A stretch of DNA of 32,000 nucleotides from Candidatus Hermodarchaeota archaeon (GTDB lineage: Archaea > Asgardarchaeota > Heimdallarchaeia > Hodarchaeales > Hodarchaeaceae), in contig JBHLKY010000017.1 in NCBI GenBank assembly GCA_048886185.1, positions 38,559 to 70,558 of the forward strand. The letters are read 5' to 3'. A program made the position numbers and the translations under genes. Shown piece after piece: positions 19,370 through 28,368 of the stretch. Under the pieces are notes generated by a model, which saw only the letters and a list, made by a program, of their open reading frames with translations, was not told the origin of the DNA and did no database searches. The stretch's first letter is position 1. Each line of letters begins with the position of its first letter.

Positions 19370-19566
19370 GAGTAAATTTTCCCCAGCACAAAAATATTGT
19401 CGTTATCATTAGAATTATTCAACCATACCCGTTCTAGGCTTAAATAAAACAATTTTCTGTCAGGAATAGGAGAATATTAATGATTCAAAAAATTTCACTT
19501 GCTTTAAGGTTAAAAAGTAACTTATATTGGTTTTTACCTATTTTTTTCCTAAAAAATCCATCATTA

Positions 19567-19574
19567 TTTATAAA
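19567..19574 (+). promoter_or_regulatory. Candidate archaeal TATA box for a leaderless transcript
   Basis: TTTATAAA ends 26 nt before ATG 19601, which has no SD; this spacing fits a start site at or near the ATG. Confidence 0.4.
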
Positions 19575-19600
19575 CAACTAATAGATTTTTCTTCTTCAAT

Positions 19601-20428
19601 ATGAAAATAGGCATTTTCTACTTCTCTGCGACTGGAGTAACCAAAGAATATTCTAGATTTTTTGAGAAAGTGTTACGAGCAGAGAATCATGAAGTGGAAC
19701 TATATAATATTCTATTTAAAGAGGTGAGAACAAGAAGAATCGAATTGAATTATGATGGATGTATATTCGGATTTCCTGTGTATGGGGGCCGATTACCAAC
19801 TGTGTGTGAGGAGTGGATTAAATCACTGGAGGGAAATAACTCACGATGCTCAATGTTTTTTACATACGGTGGACGTGCTTTAGAATATGCACATCAGATC
19901 ACTTTCTATTTATTAACCGAAGTAAATTTTAAGGTGGTCTTATCCGCTGAATTTCTTGGAAGGCATTCTTTTAATGTGGCTGATGGGTGGTCTCTTGCTG
20001 CAGATCGGCCCAATAGTGAAGATTATAAGATTGGGAAAGAATTTATTAAAAAAACCTTGGAACTTTTTAATGCAGATTCAATAGAATGGAAAATTGATCT
20101 TTCACGGTTTAATTATAAACCAAAAGTTCAAAAACCAATAAAAGGACCATTTGCAATCTTTCTTCCTAGACGAGTAGATCAACACTGCAGTATGTGCCTT
20201 CGCTGTGAAACTGAATGTCCAACACAAGCCTTTGTTGCAAGTACTGGTCAAGCGATAAATAGACAATGTATTCTATGTATGTACTGTGTCACCATATGTC
20301 CTGATCAGGTAATTGAAGTTGGGAATGCTACATCATTATTTCAACGATTTCAACAAACTCATTCCTTATCAAAAGAAAATGTCAAACAAAAATCTAGTAA
20401 AATAATTTATACAAAAACTCAATCTTAA
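19601..20428 (+). CDS. Flavodoxin-like + 2x[4Fe-4S] ferredoxin (EFR1-type) protein
   Basis: YFSATGVT, GFPVYGGR, FTYGG flavodoxin-like motifs; CSMCLRCETECP and CILCMYCVTICP. Confidence 0.92.
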   Translation: MKIGIFYFSATGVTKEYSRFFEKVLRAENHEVELYNILFKEVRTRRIELNYDGCIFGFPVYGGRLPTVCEEWIKSLEGNNSRCSMFFTYGGRALEYAHQITFYLLTEVNFKVVLSAEFLGRHSFNVADGWSLAADRPNSEDYKIGKEFIKKTLELFNADSIEWKIDLSRFNYKPKVQKPIKGPFAIFLPRRVDQHCSMCLRCETECPTQAFVASTGQAINRQCILCMYCVTICPDQVIEVGNATSLFQRFQQTHSLSKENVKQKSSKIIYTKTQS

Positions 20429-20610
20429 AGTTTCTCCCAGATCTTCTTCAGGGTATTTTCACTGTATTGCTTGACCCAATATTCAATACAATCTTCTAAA
20501 ATTAATCCAGCAATAGCAGAGGGTCTGATTCTAAGAATTTCAGCGTATTCATCTAATTTCTCTCTCACCTCATTGGGAACTCGCACTGAAATGACTGCAG
20601 TCTTGGTCAT
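20425..20610 (-). CDS. Ribbon-helix-helix (CopG/MetJ-like) small DNA-binding protein
   Basis: MTKTAVISVRVPNEVREKLDEYAEILRIRPSAIAGLILEDCI: alternating beta strand followed by two helices. ATG 20610 is preferred over the ORF-track start at 20631. Confidence 0.7.
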   Translation of the reverse strand: MTKTAVISVRVPNEVREKLDEYAEILRIRPSAIAGLILEDCIEYWVKQYSENTLKKIWEKL

Positions 20611-20682
20611 AAAAAACGCCTGTATTAACAAATAGACTTGTGCTATAAGAGTCTTTGTCTTGAGGAAAAATCTCAGAAGAGC

Positions 20683-21447
20683 TTAATTGAGTTCATTGAG
20701 TAATAAGGAATAATTAATTTTATCTATGATTTTCCAGATTGAGCTACTTTGTATAAGTAAAAGGAAACTAAAGACAGGTAATAAAAAAAATTGAGAAAAA
20801 AAAGCTAAGTTGTACAAATCGCTTGAAATAAGGATGCTAATAAACCAAATTAAGTCCCCGAATTGATAAACTAAGAATACAATTAATATAATCATTAAAT
20901 GGGTTAATAGAGCCCGTTCAGCCTTTCGATCTATAAATTTTTCGCGTACCTTGCGTAATCGGATCAGAAGAACAATAATCATTGCGTCAACAAGAAATCC
21001 AAGCATAATGAGCCCAAAGAATGATAGTTCTTCCATAAGCTCAACATCATTATTATTAAAGAGGGAGGCTATTAACCACCCTAAAAACAATGCAGGAATG
21101 ATTGGAATATATTTCTCAATTAAGAAAAGACGATTCGAGGAAAGATTAACATATGTGAAGGAAAATTCTAGTATTGTCAGTAACATGAAAAAGATTATTA
21201 CTATTAACAAATATGGGATTTTCATCATTCCAAGATCCTGAATTGTACTGAACATGGTTTCAGGGAAGAACAATACGAAAAGTCCTGTTACCATTATTGT
21301 GGTTGCAAAAAGAAATAATGTTAAGGTCATATGAAGAAATATCTCATCACGAGCTTTTCTGAATAGAGGAAAAGTGAGGATTGCAGACAGGAATAGAAAA
21401 AAAGAGCTTATTAAAGCACCTAATCCCGCAATAATGATGAATGACAT
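20683..21447 (-). CDS. Uncharacterised 7TM membrane protein
   Basis: Seven hydrophobic segments; basic loops after TM1 (RKARDE) and TM5 (RLRKVREKFIDRKAER) imply N-out/C-in topology. Confidence 0.75.
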   Translation of the reverse strand: MSFIIIAGLGALISSFFLFLSAILTFPLFRKARDEIFLHMTLTLFLFATTIMVTGLFVLFFPETMFSTIQDLGMMKIPYLLIVIIFFMLLTILEFSFTYVNLSSNRLFLIEKYIPIIPALFLGWLIASLFNNNDVELMEELSFFGLIMLGFLVDAMIIVLLIRLRKVREKFIDRKAERALLTHLMIILIVFLVYQFGDLIWFISILISSDLYNLAFFSQFFLLPVFSFLLLIQSSSIWKIIDKINYSLLLNELN

Positions 21448-21656
21448 ACTATCTACTCACTTATGGTAATTTGTTATTCAAATAATCTAACTCTTTTTTT
21501 TGCAATTAGGTTTTTAAATGTGTGTAAGCTTTGTAAGCTATCCTTACATCACTTATTTTGTAGCAGAAAAATACGAAGATTAATTAAAGCTAGTATAAAG
21601 AATGATAACAGATTATTGATTTGATTAAAATCGAATTATGGTGCATGTGATAGATT

Positions 21657-22361
21657 TTGTTGAAAATTGAACAAGTATCTAAACATTATAAAATGGGAGA
21701 AATCATGGTTAAAGCATTAGATGGCATTTCCCTTCATATTGAACAGGGTGAAACCGTAGTATTACTAGGGCCATCAGGGAGCGGTAAAACAACCTTATTA
21801 AATTTAGTGGGAGCGTTAGATAGACCAACAAAAGGACAAATAACGTTTAATAAAGCTAATATAACAAGTTATAATCGACAACAACAATTCTCTTTTCGCC
21901 GAAGAACAATCGGATTCATATTTCAAACATTTAACTTGTTTCCAACATTATCCGCATTAGAAAATGTCCAATATGTCGCAGATTTAGCAAAAATGAAAAG
22001 AAGTAAGGAAAAATCGATTGAGGCCTTAAACGCGGTTGGTTTAGAAGAACGAATACATCATTTTCCCCATCAACTTAGTGGTGGAGAGCAACAAAGGGTA
22101 GCTATCGCTCGTGCCTTGGTAAAGAAAGCTCCCCTTATATTAGCTGATGAACCAACAGGAGAATTGGATTTTAAAACTGGAAAACAGATATTACAACTAT
22201 TATTAGAACAACAAAATACCGATACGACTGTTTTATTGGTAACACACAATCGAGAAATTGCACGGATCACTGATCGAGTTGTAGAGCTGCATTCAGGAAA
22301 GATTGCGGAGGATGGTTCCCCCAAGAATGGGAAGGTTCCGATTGAAGAGCTCGTGTGGTGA
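21657..22361 (+). CDS. ABC transporter ATP-binding protein, LolD/MacB type
   Basis: GPSGSGKT, FIFQ, LSGGE, ILADEPTG, VTHN. Confidence 0.95.
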   Translation: MLKIEQVSKHYKMGEIMVKALDGISLHIEQGETVVLLGPSGSGKTTLLNLVGALDRPTKGQITFNKANITSYNRQQQFSFRRRTIGFIFQTFNLFPTLSALENVQYVADLAKMKRSKEKSIEALNAVGLEERIHHFPHQLSGGEQQRVAIARALVKKAPLILADEPTGELDFKTGKQILQLLLEQQNTDTTVLLVTHNREIARITDRVVELHSGKIAEDGSPKNGKVPIEELVW

Positions 22362-24844
22362 TAAACTTGGTTAATGTTAAACTTCTCCTCCATTGGTCTT
22401 TTCGTGATTTAAAACAGCGAAAAATCCAGGTACTAGCGATCGCATTGATCATTGGATTAGGAACAGGGATTTATACTGGTTTAAGTAGTACAACACCATG
22501 GAGGGAGTATGCATTTGAGCAAAGTAATGAACTCCTGAATATGTTTGATCTTAAAATGACATTTCCAGGAAGTTGGATTTCTCAAAGTGATATTTCTTCA
22601 GCAATCCAAAATTTATCACATAAAGATTGGATTGAATCTCTAGAATATCGCTTGAGCTTTCCGACAACAGTTAATGCTTCTACAGACGATGAGACTATTT
22701 TAGTGAATGGTAGGATAATTGGTATTAATGTGACTAAAGGATCTAAAAATCTAGATGTTAATGGCATTTATGTCACTAATGGTCGTCATATTAAATCTAC
22801 AGAAACTAGTGCAAATGTTTGCCTAGTAGAAAATAATTTTGCTAGTTATTACAATTTAACTCCAGATGATCAGTTAATAACAATTGCAGGAGGTGTTGAA
22901 TTAAAATATATAGGAACAGTACTAACACCTGAATATTTTATGGTTATAGAGGAAAATATGGTTTTTGGCCAATCATCTTTTGCAGCCTTATTTATCCCTC
23001 TGAAAACAGCTCAAGCGATTCTCTACCAAGCCATTCATCTGCCTCCAGGTTATGTAAATGAAGTTTTATTCCTATTGAATTCGGCGTTAACCGAACAAGA
23101 TCACGAAACGTTCTTAATGGAAATAGAAGATTATTTCCAAACTCATTATTCACATTTGAATTATGAATTCATGGAAAAAGAAGAGCATCCTAGTTATAAA
23201 ATGCAGAAAGAAGACATCCCTAGCGATCAAAATATGTATTACATATTCTCCTTTCTTATTCTTATCATCTCAGCTTTTGGGGCATATAACTTAATTTCAA
23301 GAGTGGTGAACTCCCAGCGCCGGCAAATAGGGATAAATATGGCCCTTGGGGTTCCAGCTCGAGCTATAGCGTATAGATACCTTCTATTAAGCCTAGAAAT
23401 CGCGTTAGGAGGTGTAATATTTGGTTATATTATTGCTTTAATATTAGGAAGTAGCTTTGGGAGTGTTATTTATGATCTTATTCCCTATCCTGTTTGGGAC
23501 GAATGGCTTGTAACTGATTTATTCTTACAAGGAACTTTATTAGGAATTCTTATCCCCTTCATTGCTTCCATCATACCTATTATGCGAGCTATCAGGATCC
23601 AGCCAATCAATGCAATTCAAACTCAAGCCAAATTAGGTACTGGAAAAGGTTTTGCTCCATTAATAACACGAATTCATCTTCCTGGTTCAATCTTCATTCA
23701 ATTGCCTTTTCGTAATCTATCACGTAATCTACGAAGAACTGCTTCAACTTTAACAGGGATTGCATTGGCAATATGCGTTCTAATTGCTGTTTTAGGATTT
23801 GTCGATGGTGCAAACTTATTATTAAGAAGTGAAGAGGAAATAATGAAGGGACAGTCTGAAGGACGGATAGATATAATCATGAACAACTTTTATAATGAGT
23901 CATTACCACCTGTGACCAATATTACTGAACATACTGATATTAATATAGCTATTCCGATAATTCAGATTCCAGTTGAAATATATAGTGACCATAATTCATT
24001 TAACATATTTTTACGTTGTTTCAACTTAACAAATCCAGTATGGACTCCTGAAACTATTAATGGTCTTAATTTGAAAAATAGAACGTTGGGCATAATCATC
24101 TCACAGGAAACTGCACGAGACTTGAAAGTAGAAGTTGGAGACCAAGTCATTATCAAACATCCTTTCAGAAAATCAGCATTCGAGTACTCCACTGAGAACA
24201 CAACATTTAGTGTAATTGGAATTCAAAATAGTAAAATCCGTTTTTGGGCGTTTTCTGACATATCGAACAATCGTGTGTTCAATTTAACTGGATTGATTAA
24301 TTCAGTCATGATTCTACCAAAGATAGGAATAACGGAAGCGTCTATTCAGAAAAGTTTTTTTAACCTTCCTGGATACAGTGGCATTCAGTCAGTAACAAAA
24401 CTAGTAAAAGCCTACGAAGAGCTCATTGAGATTTTTAAATCTATCTTTGATGTACTCCAATATGTAGTAATGATTTTAGCGTTATTATTAGTTTATAATA
24501 CCTCTTCTGTCAATATTGATGAACGAACACGAGAATTGGCTACAATGGCTGCATTTGGAACCCCAATCCGAACATCTTCATGGATATTAATGTTAGAATC
24601 AATGATAATGGGAGTTTTGGGCACCTTGACTGGTTTTTTCTTGTTTGCTCCTCTGATCCTTGAAGTGGTTGAAGCACGAGTTGATGAAGCAATGAATGAA
24701 ATATGGTTGACACCCTATCTCTTTCCAGATAGTATTATTCTTCTTCTATTAATAGGAGTTGTACTCGTAACATTGATTCCTCTATTATCAATTCGTAAGC
24801 TGACAAAAATGGACTTAACATCAGCACTTCGAGTGGTAGAATAA
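22355..24844 (+). CDS. FtsX/MacB-family ABC permease (duplicated FtsX architecture)
   Basis: Two repeats of TM + large extracellular domain + FtsX module (QRRQIGINMALG; ERTRELATMAAFG); overlaps the ATPase stop by 7 nt; many N-x-S/T sequons in the extracellular parts. Confidence 0.92.
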   Translation: MVINLVNVKLLLHWSFRDLKQRKIQVLAIALIIGLGTGIYTGLSSTTPWREYAFEQSNELLNMFDLKMTFPGSWISQSDISSAIQNLSHKDWIESLEYRLSFPTTVNASTDDETILVNGRIIGINVTKGSKNLDVNGIYVTNGRHIKSTETSANVCLVENNFASYYNLTPDDQLITIAGGVELKYIGTVLTPEYFMVIEENMVFGQSSFAALFIPLKTAQAILYQAIHLPPGYVNEVLFLLNSALTEQDHETFLMEIEDYFQTHYSHLNYEFMEKEEHPSYKMQKEDIPSDQNMYYIFSFLILIISAFGAYNLISRVVNSQRRQIGINMALGVPARAIAYRYLLLSLEIALGGVIFGYIIALILGSSFGSVIYDLIPYPVWDEWLVTDLFLQGTLLGILIPFIASIIPIMRAIRIQPINAIQTQAKLGTGKGFAPLITRIHLPGSIFIQLPFRNLSRNLRRTASTLTGIALAICVLIAVLGFVDGANLLLRSEEEIMKGQSEGRIDIIMNNFYNESLPPVTNITEHTDINIAIPIIQIPVEIYSDHNSFNIFLRCFNLTNPVWTPETINGLNLKNRTLGIIISQETARDLKVEVGDQVIIKHPFRKSAFEYSTENTTFSVIGIQNSKIRFWAFSDISNNRVFNLTGLINSVMILPKIGITEASIQKSFFNLPGYSGIQSVTKLVKAYEELIEIFKSIFDVLQYVVMILALLLVYNTSSVNIDERTRELATMAAFGTPIRTSSWILMLESMIMGVLGTLTGFFLFAPLILEVVEARVDEAMNEIWLTPYLFPDSIILLLLIGVVLVTLIPLLSIRKLTKMDLTSALRVVE

Positions 24845-24866
24845 AAATGATCTTGTTGGATTAAAA

Positions 24867-25391
24867 ATGAACAACCTTAATTTCTCCTTTTCTTTCATTG
24901 AAAAAAAGATCAGAACAAAAACATTTGGAATATTGACAACACTCAATAAAGATGGAACACCTCATTCAACAGGAGTTCTGTATGGGGTGTCACCACCTTC
25001 TTCCGCGTTTTCATTAATATTTTACACATCAAAAAAATACAAAAAAGTCCGAAACATCAAAAGAAATCCAAATGTTTCCTTTGTAATTCCTTTCTCTCAT
25101 CCTTTTCTCCACTTTACTCCTTCAAAAACAGTTACATTCAATGGGAAAGCTGAATTAGTCTCATTAAATGATAATGAGACAAGATTAATTTTTTCTAAAA
25201 AAAGAATACTCAAATTAATAATGAAACAAAGTCAAATAGAAGAGCAAGAATCCCTCACGTTCATTAGAATTAAACCTAATCCTAGGGTTCTATGTTATGG
25301 GGTTGGTATTAGTGTCTTAAAGCTAAGGAAAGGCCATAAATACGGAGGTTACTCTGTTATAATCCCACAGGAAAGGTTATTTGAGAAATAA
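24867..25391 (+). CDS. Pyridoxamine 5'-phosphate oxidase-like (split-barrel flavin/F420-binding) protein
   Basis: GILTTLNKDGTPHS and FYTSKKYKKVRNIKRNPNVSF. Confidence 0.82.
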   Translation: MNNLNFSFSFIEKKIRTKTFGILTTLNKDGTPHSTGVLYGVSPPSSAFSLIFYTSKKYKKVRNIKRNPNVSFVIPFSHPFLHFTPSKTVTFNGKAELVSLNDNETRLIFSKKRILKLIMKQSQIEEQESLTFIRIKPNPRVLCYGVGISVLKLRKGHKYGGYSVIIPQERLFEK

Positions 25392-25400
25392 TTACATTTA

Positions 25401-26141
25401 TTACTTTTTTGAAAGGAATTCCACTATATATTCAAAACTTGACTGAAATCGGTCTGAAAAAAGGTCAGGTTGAAATCCAGTCCATTCATTGGCTTTAAGC
25501 TCGTCACTGATGATTACTAATGCTGCAGCTTTGACCTCACGAAAAGCTGCAACCGCAAAAGCAGCTGAAATCTCCATCTCAATCGCTATAATGTTATTTT
25601 TACGTAAACGCTTAATTAGATCAAAAGTTTCCCTAAAAGGAGCATCTGTTGTACAGATCTTTCCTTTCGCAAATGAAATTTGTTTAGAAGAGAGGAAGTG
25701 TACTAGATCGTTGGTCATCTGCTCTGATGGCATACTTGGAGAATTAGCAGGTAAATAGTGATAACTTGTCCCTTCTAACCTTAAGGCTTCTTCCACAATA
25801 ATTCTATCTCCAATCTTTGCAGACTGAATTGCCCCTGCTAATCCTAAAAACATTATTTCTTTAACACCTAAAGCAATTAGCTCTTCGAGGAAAATAACGG
25901 TTGCGGGCGCTCCTAAAAGTCCTTGGAAGAAAACTACTTCGTCATCAATACAATATAAATGAGTCCCATAATATAACCTTGGTAATTCATTAATTTTCAT
26001 TCCTTTTCGTTTAACTGGGAGCTCGGGCCGAACAAATGGTGAATAAATTAATTTTGATGGAAGGGGGTAAGCAGCGCGATAGACTTTTATCTCCACAGAA
26101 GGATCAATATACGCTCTTAAGTCACTATCAAAAAAATCCAT
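25401..26141 (-). CDS. Nucleoside phosphorylase (PNP/UDP family)
   Basis: LGAPATVIFLEELIALGVK, FLGLAG, ALRLEGTSYHY, TTDAPFRET, AIEMEISA. Start ATG 26141 is chosen because the ORF-track start (26204) overlaps the divergent gene. Confidence 0.92.
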   Translation of the reverse strand: MDFFDSDLRAYIDPSVEIKVYRAAYPLPSKLIYSPFVRPELPVKRKGMKINELPRLYYGTHLYCIDDEVVFFQGLLGAPATVIFLEELIALGVKEIMFLGLAGAIQSAKIGDRIIVEEALRLEGTSYHYLPANSPSMPSEQMTNDLVHFLSSKQISFAKGKICTTDAPFRETFDLIKRLRKNNIIAIEMEISAAFAVAAFREVKAAALVIISDELKANEWTGFQPDLFSDRFQSSFEYIVEFLSKK

Positions 26142-26189
26142 AACTGAAACCAAATACCTTACTTTATAAATCTTAATAAAGGTGAACTC

Positions 26190-27074
26190 ATGAAACAGAG
26201 ACAATTTGGGGAAACTGGGTATAAGGCATCAATAATAACCTTGGGAGGATGTGCATTAGGATGGTTACATGAACAGGAATCAAAAACAGCTCAGGAACGA
26301 GCTGATAAAGCCATTGAAGAAGTTATAAAGGGAGGTATAAATATAATTGATGTGGCTCCCTCTTATGGCGAAGCAGAGGTAAGATTGTCTCCATGGATGC
26401 AGAAAATCCGGGACAAAGTCTTCTTGGCAGAAAAAACGATGGAAAGAACCAAAGAAGGAGCTTGGAATGAGCTTAACCGCTCACTAGAACGATTAGGAGT
26501 GTCGGATTTTGATTTGTATCAATTTCACGCAGTATCGACTATGGATGAACTGCAACAAATTTTGGGCAAAGGTGGTGCGCTCGAAGCTTTTGAAGAGGCT
26601 AAAGAAACAGGTCTTATAAAGAACATCGGTATCACATGCCACAATGATATGCGAATCCTGTTAAAAGCTCTGAAAACCTATGAAGACTTTAACACGATTC
26701 TATTACCTGTTTATGTCGCTGCAATGGCTCATCCTCATCCAAGTAACGATTTTCAACCTGTTCTAGAGTTAGCTCAGGAGAAGAACGTAGGAGTCATTGC
26801 TATTAAAGCTATCTCACGCCGAAGGTGGACTTTCGCAAAGAAATATGGAACCTGGTACCAACCATTGGATGAACAGCAATGGATCAACGATGCTGTTGGA
26901 TATACACTCTCCCAAGAGGGTGTTGCGACATATTCATTGCCCTGTGATCTCCGATTATGGCCATTAGTGCTTGAAGCTGGAAACAAATTCAAGAAATTAG
27001 AGAAGAGTGAACAGAAAGAGATAATTCAACGTGCAAAGGCTGATAGTTTTAAGCCATTATTTCCTGAAGAGTAA
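26190..27074 (+). CDS. Aldo/keto reductase
   Basis: RQFGETG..S.ITLGG, IDVAPSYG, LAEKT, DLYQFHA, NIGITCH; AAGGTGA SD. Confidence 0.93.
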   Translation: MKQRQFGETGYKASIITLGGCALGWLHEQESKTAQERADKAIEEVIKGGINIIDVAPSYGEAEVRLSPWMQKIRDKVFLAEKTMERTKEGAWNELNRSLERLGVSDFDLYQFHAVSTMDELQQILGKGGALEAFEEAKETGLIKNIGITCHNDMRILLKALKTYEDFNTILLPVYVAAMAHPHPSNDFQPVLELAQEKNVGVIAIKAISRRRWTFAKKYGTWYQPLDEQQWINDAVGYTLSQEGVATYSLPCDLRLWPLVLEAGNKFKKLEKSEQKEIIQRAKADSFKPLFPEE

Positions 27075-27180
27075 GAATGGTATGATCAATCCTAATATTT
27101 TAATTAATTAACTTCTTAAAAGAAATAAAAGGGTAGTTTAGATATACTCAAGATTAAAATGTGTTTGTTAGGAATTGAAC

Positions 27181-28350
27181 ATGGCACCAACTATAATTAG
27201 TTACTTTGGCGTTGGTGTCTTTTTAATCGATTTAATTGTAAGTGGTTTAGTATTCTATAAATTAAGTAGAAGGTGGAGAGAAACCAGAATCACAGTGGTT
27301 TCTTTACTTGCAGTTTTTTACCTTTTATTCATCATTTTCACAATAATAGAATTATTTTTTTTTCTATTAAACTTTAATGATACCGTTGGCTTTTATACTC
27401 AAGAAGGCAATATCTTTGTCTGGTTATTACCTTTCTTTGGAGGAATTTCTGCTGGATTTTTCATGTTATTCATTGATTACTTTGAAAATGAGAGAATAAA
27501 CCCATTTCATGGTTTCATTTATGGAATATTTCTCGGAGCCTTTCTTCTGAATGTGATGCATCAAATAATTCTCCCAGAACTTTTCCCGTTAAATATAGAA
27601 GCCAACACTCTTATTTTATTAATCCTAAATTTCCTTTTTTCGACAAATTTTCCTGTATCATACTTTGTAATTTATGTAATCTTAGTGACATTAATATCTC
27701 TCCGAAGAATTAAAAATAATATTGATGATAAAGCACAAAAGAGACAAGTAACGTTGATGCAGTGGACGATAATTTTATATTACTTTGTCACATTAATCGT
27801 AGTTGCTAGTGCCTATCAGTTGGAAAATATTATAGATCCTGTTACAGTGGTTTTTCTCAAACACATTGCACCTCATATTAATGTTATAATAGGAAGTCTC
27901 CTGATTTATGAGGCGTACGTACACGCACCTGTGGGATTTCTACAATTTCAGCAGATAGAGAAGCTTTTGGTAATAAACCGGTCAGGGCTGTTATTATTCT
28001 CATATGATTTTGCTTTGCCTAAAGAGCAAGAATATACCAGTGAAAGAGATTTATTACTTTCAGGAGGCGTATACGCAATTCTAAATCTGTTTACAGAAAT
28101 GGTTCATGCTAAAAACATTAGGATGATTCATTTTCAAGATAAAAAAATCATGCTTTCCCAAAAAGAGAATTTCATTATCCTATTGTTAGTAGATCGAATA
28201 TCGAGCTTTCTTTGGAGTGCATTAGATTCTTTTGGGAATATGTTTAACCTTAAATACTCTTTAGACAACCAAGAGAAATATGCAATTATTACAAAAAACG
28301 TTTTTAATGATGCAGAACAGTTAATGAAGATTGCTTTTGGGCGAAAATGA
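27181..28350 (+). CDS. 7TM membrane protein fused to a C-terminal longin-like domain
   Basis: Seven TM segments, then IEKLLVINRSGLLLFSYDF...LLLSGGVYAILNLFTEM...IRMIHFQDKKIMLSQKENFIILLLVD...L..F...F..KY, the beta-beta-alpha-beta-beta-beta-alpha-alpha longin pattern (~27952-28347). ATG 27181 fits the AGGA SD better than TTG 27175. Confidence 0.78.
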   Translation: MAPTIISYFGVGVFLIDLIVSGLVFYKLSRRWRETRITVVSLLAVFYLLFIIFTIIELFFFLLNFNDTVGFYTQEGNIFVWLLPFFGGISAGFFMLFIDYFENERINPFHGFIYGIFLGAFLLNVMHQIILPELFPLNIEANTLILLILNFLFSTNFPVSYFVIYVILVTLISLRRIKNNIDDKAQKRQVTLMQWTIILYYFVTLIVVASAYQLENIIDPVTVVFLKHIAPHINVIIGSLLIYEAYVHAPVGFLQFQQIEKLLVINRSGLLLFSYDFALPKEQEYTSERDLLLSGGVYAILNLFTEMVHAKNIRMIHFQDKKIMLSQKENFIILLLVDRISSFLWSALDSFGNMFNLKYSLDNQEKYAIITKNVFNDAEQLMKIAFGRK

Positions 28351-28368
28351 CATTGGAAGGATTTTGAC

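Noticed and set aside
20425-20610. RHH gene as a type II antitoxin
   Set aside because: No adjacent PIN/RelE-like toxin ORF; its neighbours are a ferredoxin and a 7TM protein.
21556-21577. TTTTGTAG as a second copy of the 7666 palindrome
   Set aside because: Only one good half-site; the partner is mismatched and the spacer differs.
27100-27111. TTAATTAATTAA palindrome
   Set aside because: Low-complexity AT-only sequence in an AT-rich genome.
20683-28350. The two 7TM proteins as microbial rhodopsins or heliorhodopsins
   Set aside because: No DxxxK/SxxxK retinal-binding Lys in TM7 and no RYxDW-like motif in TM3.
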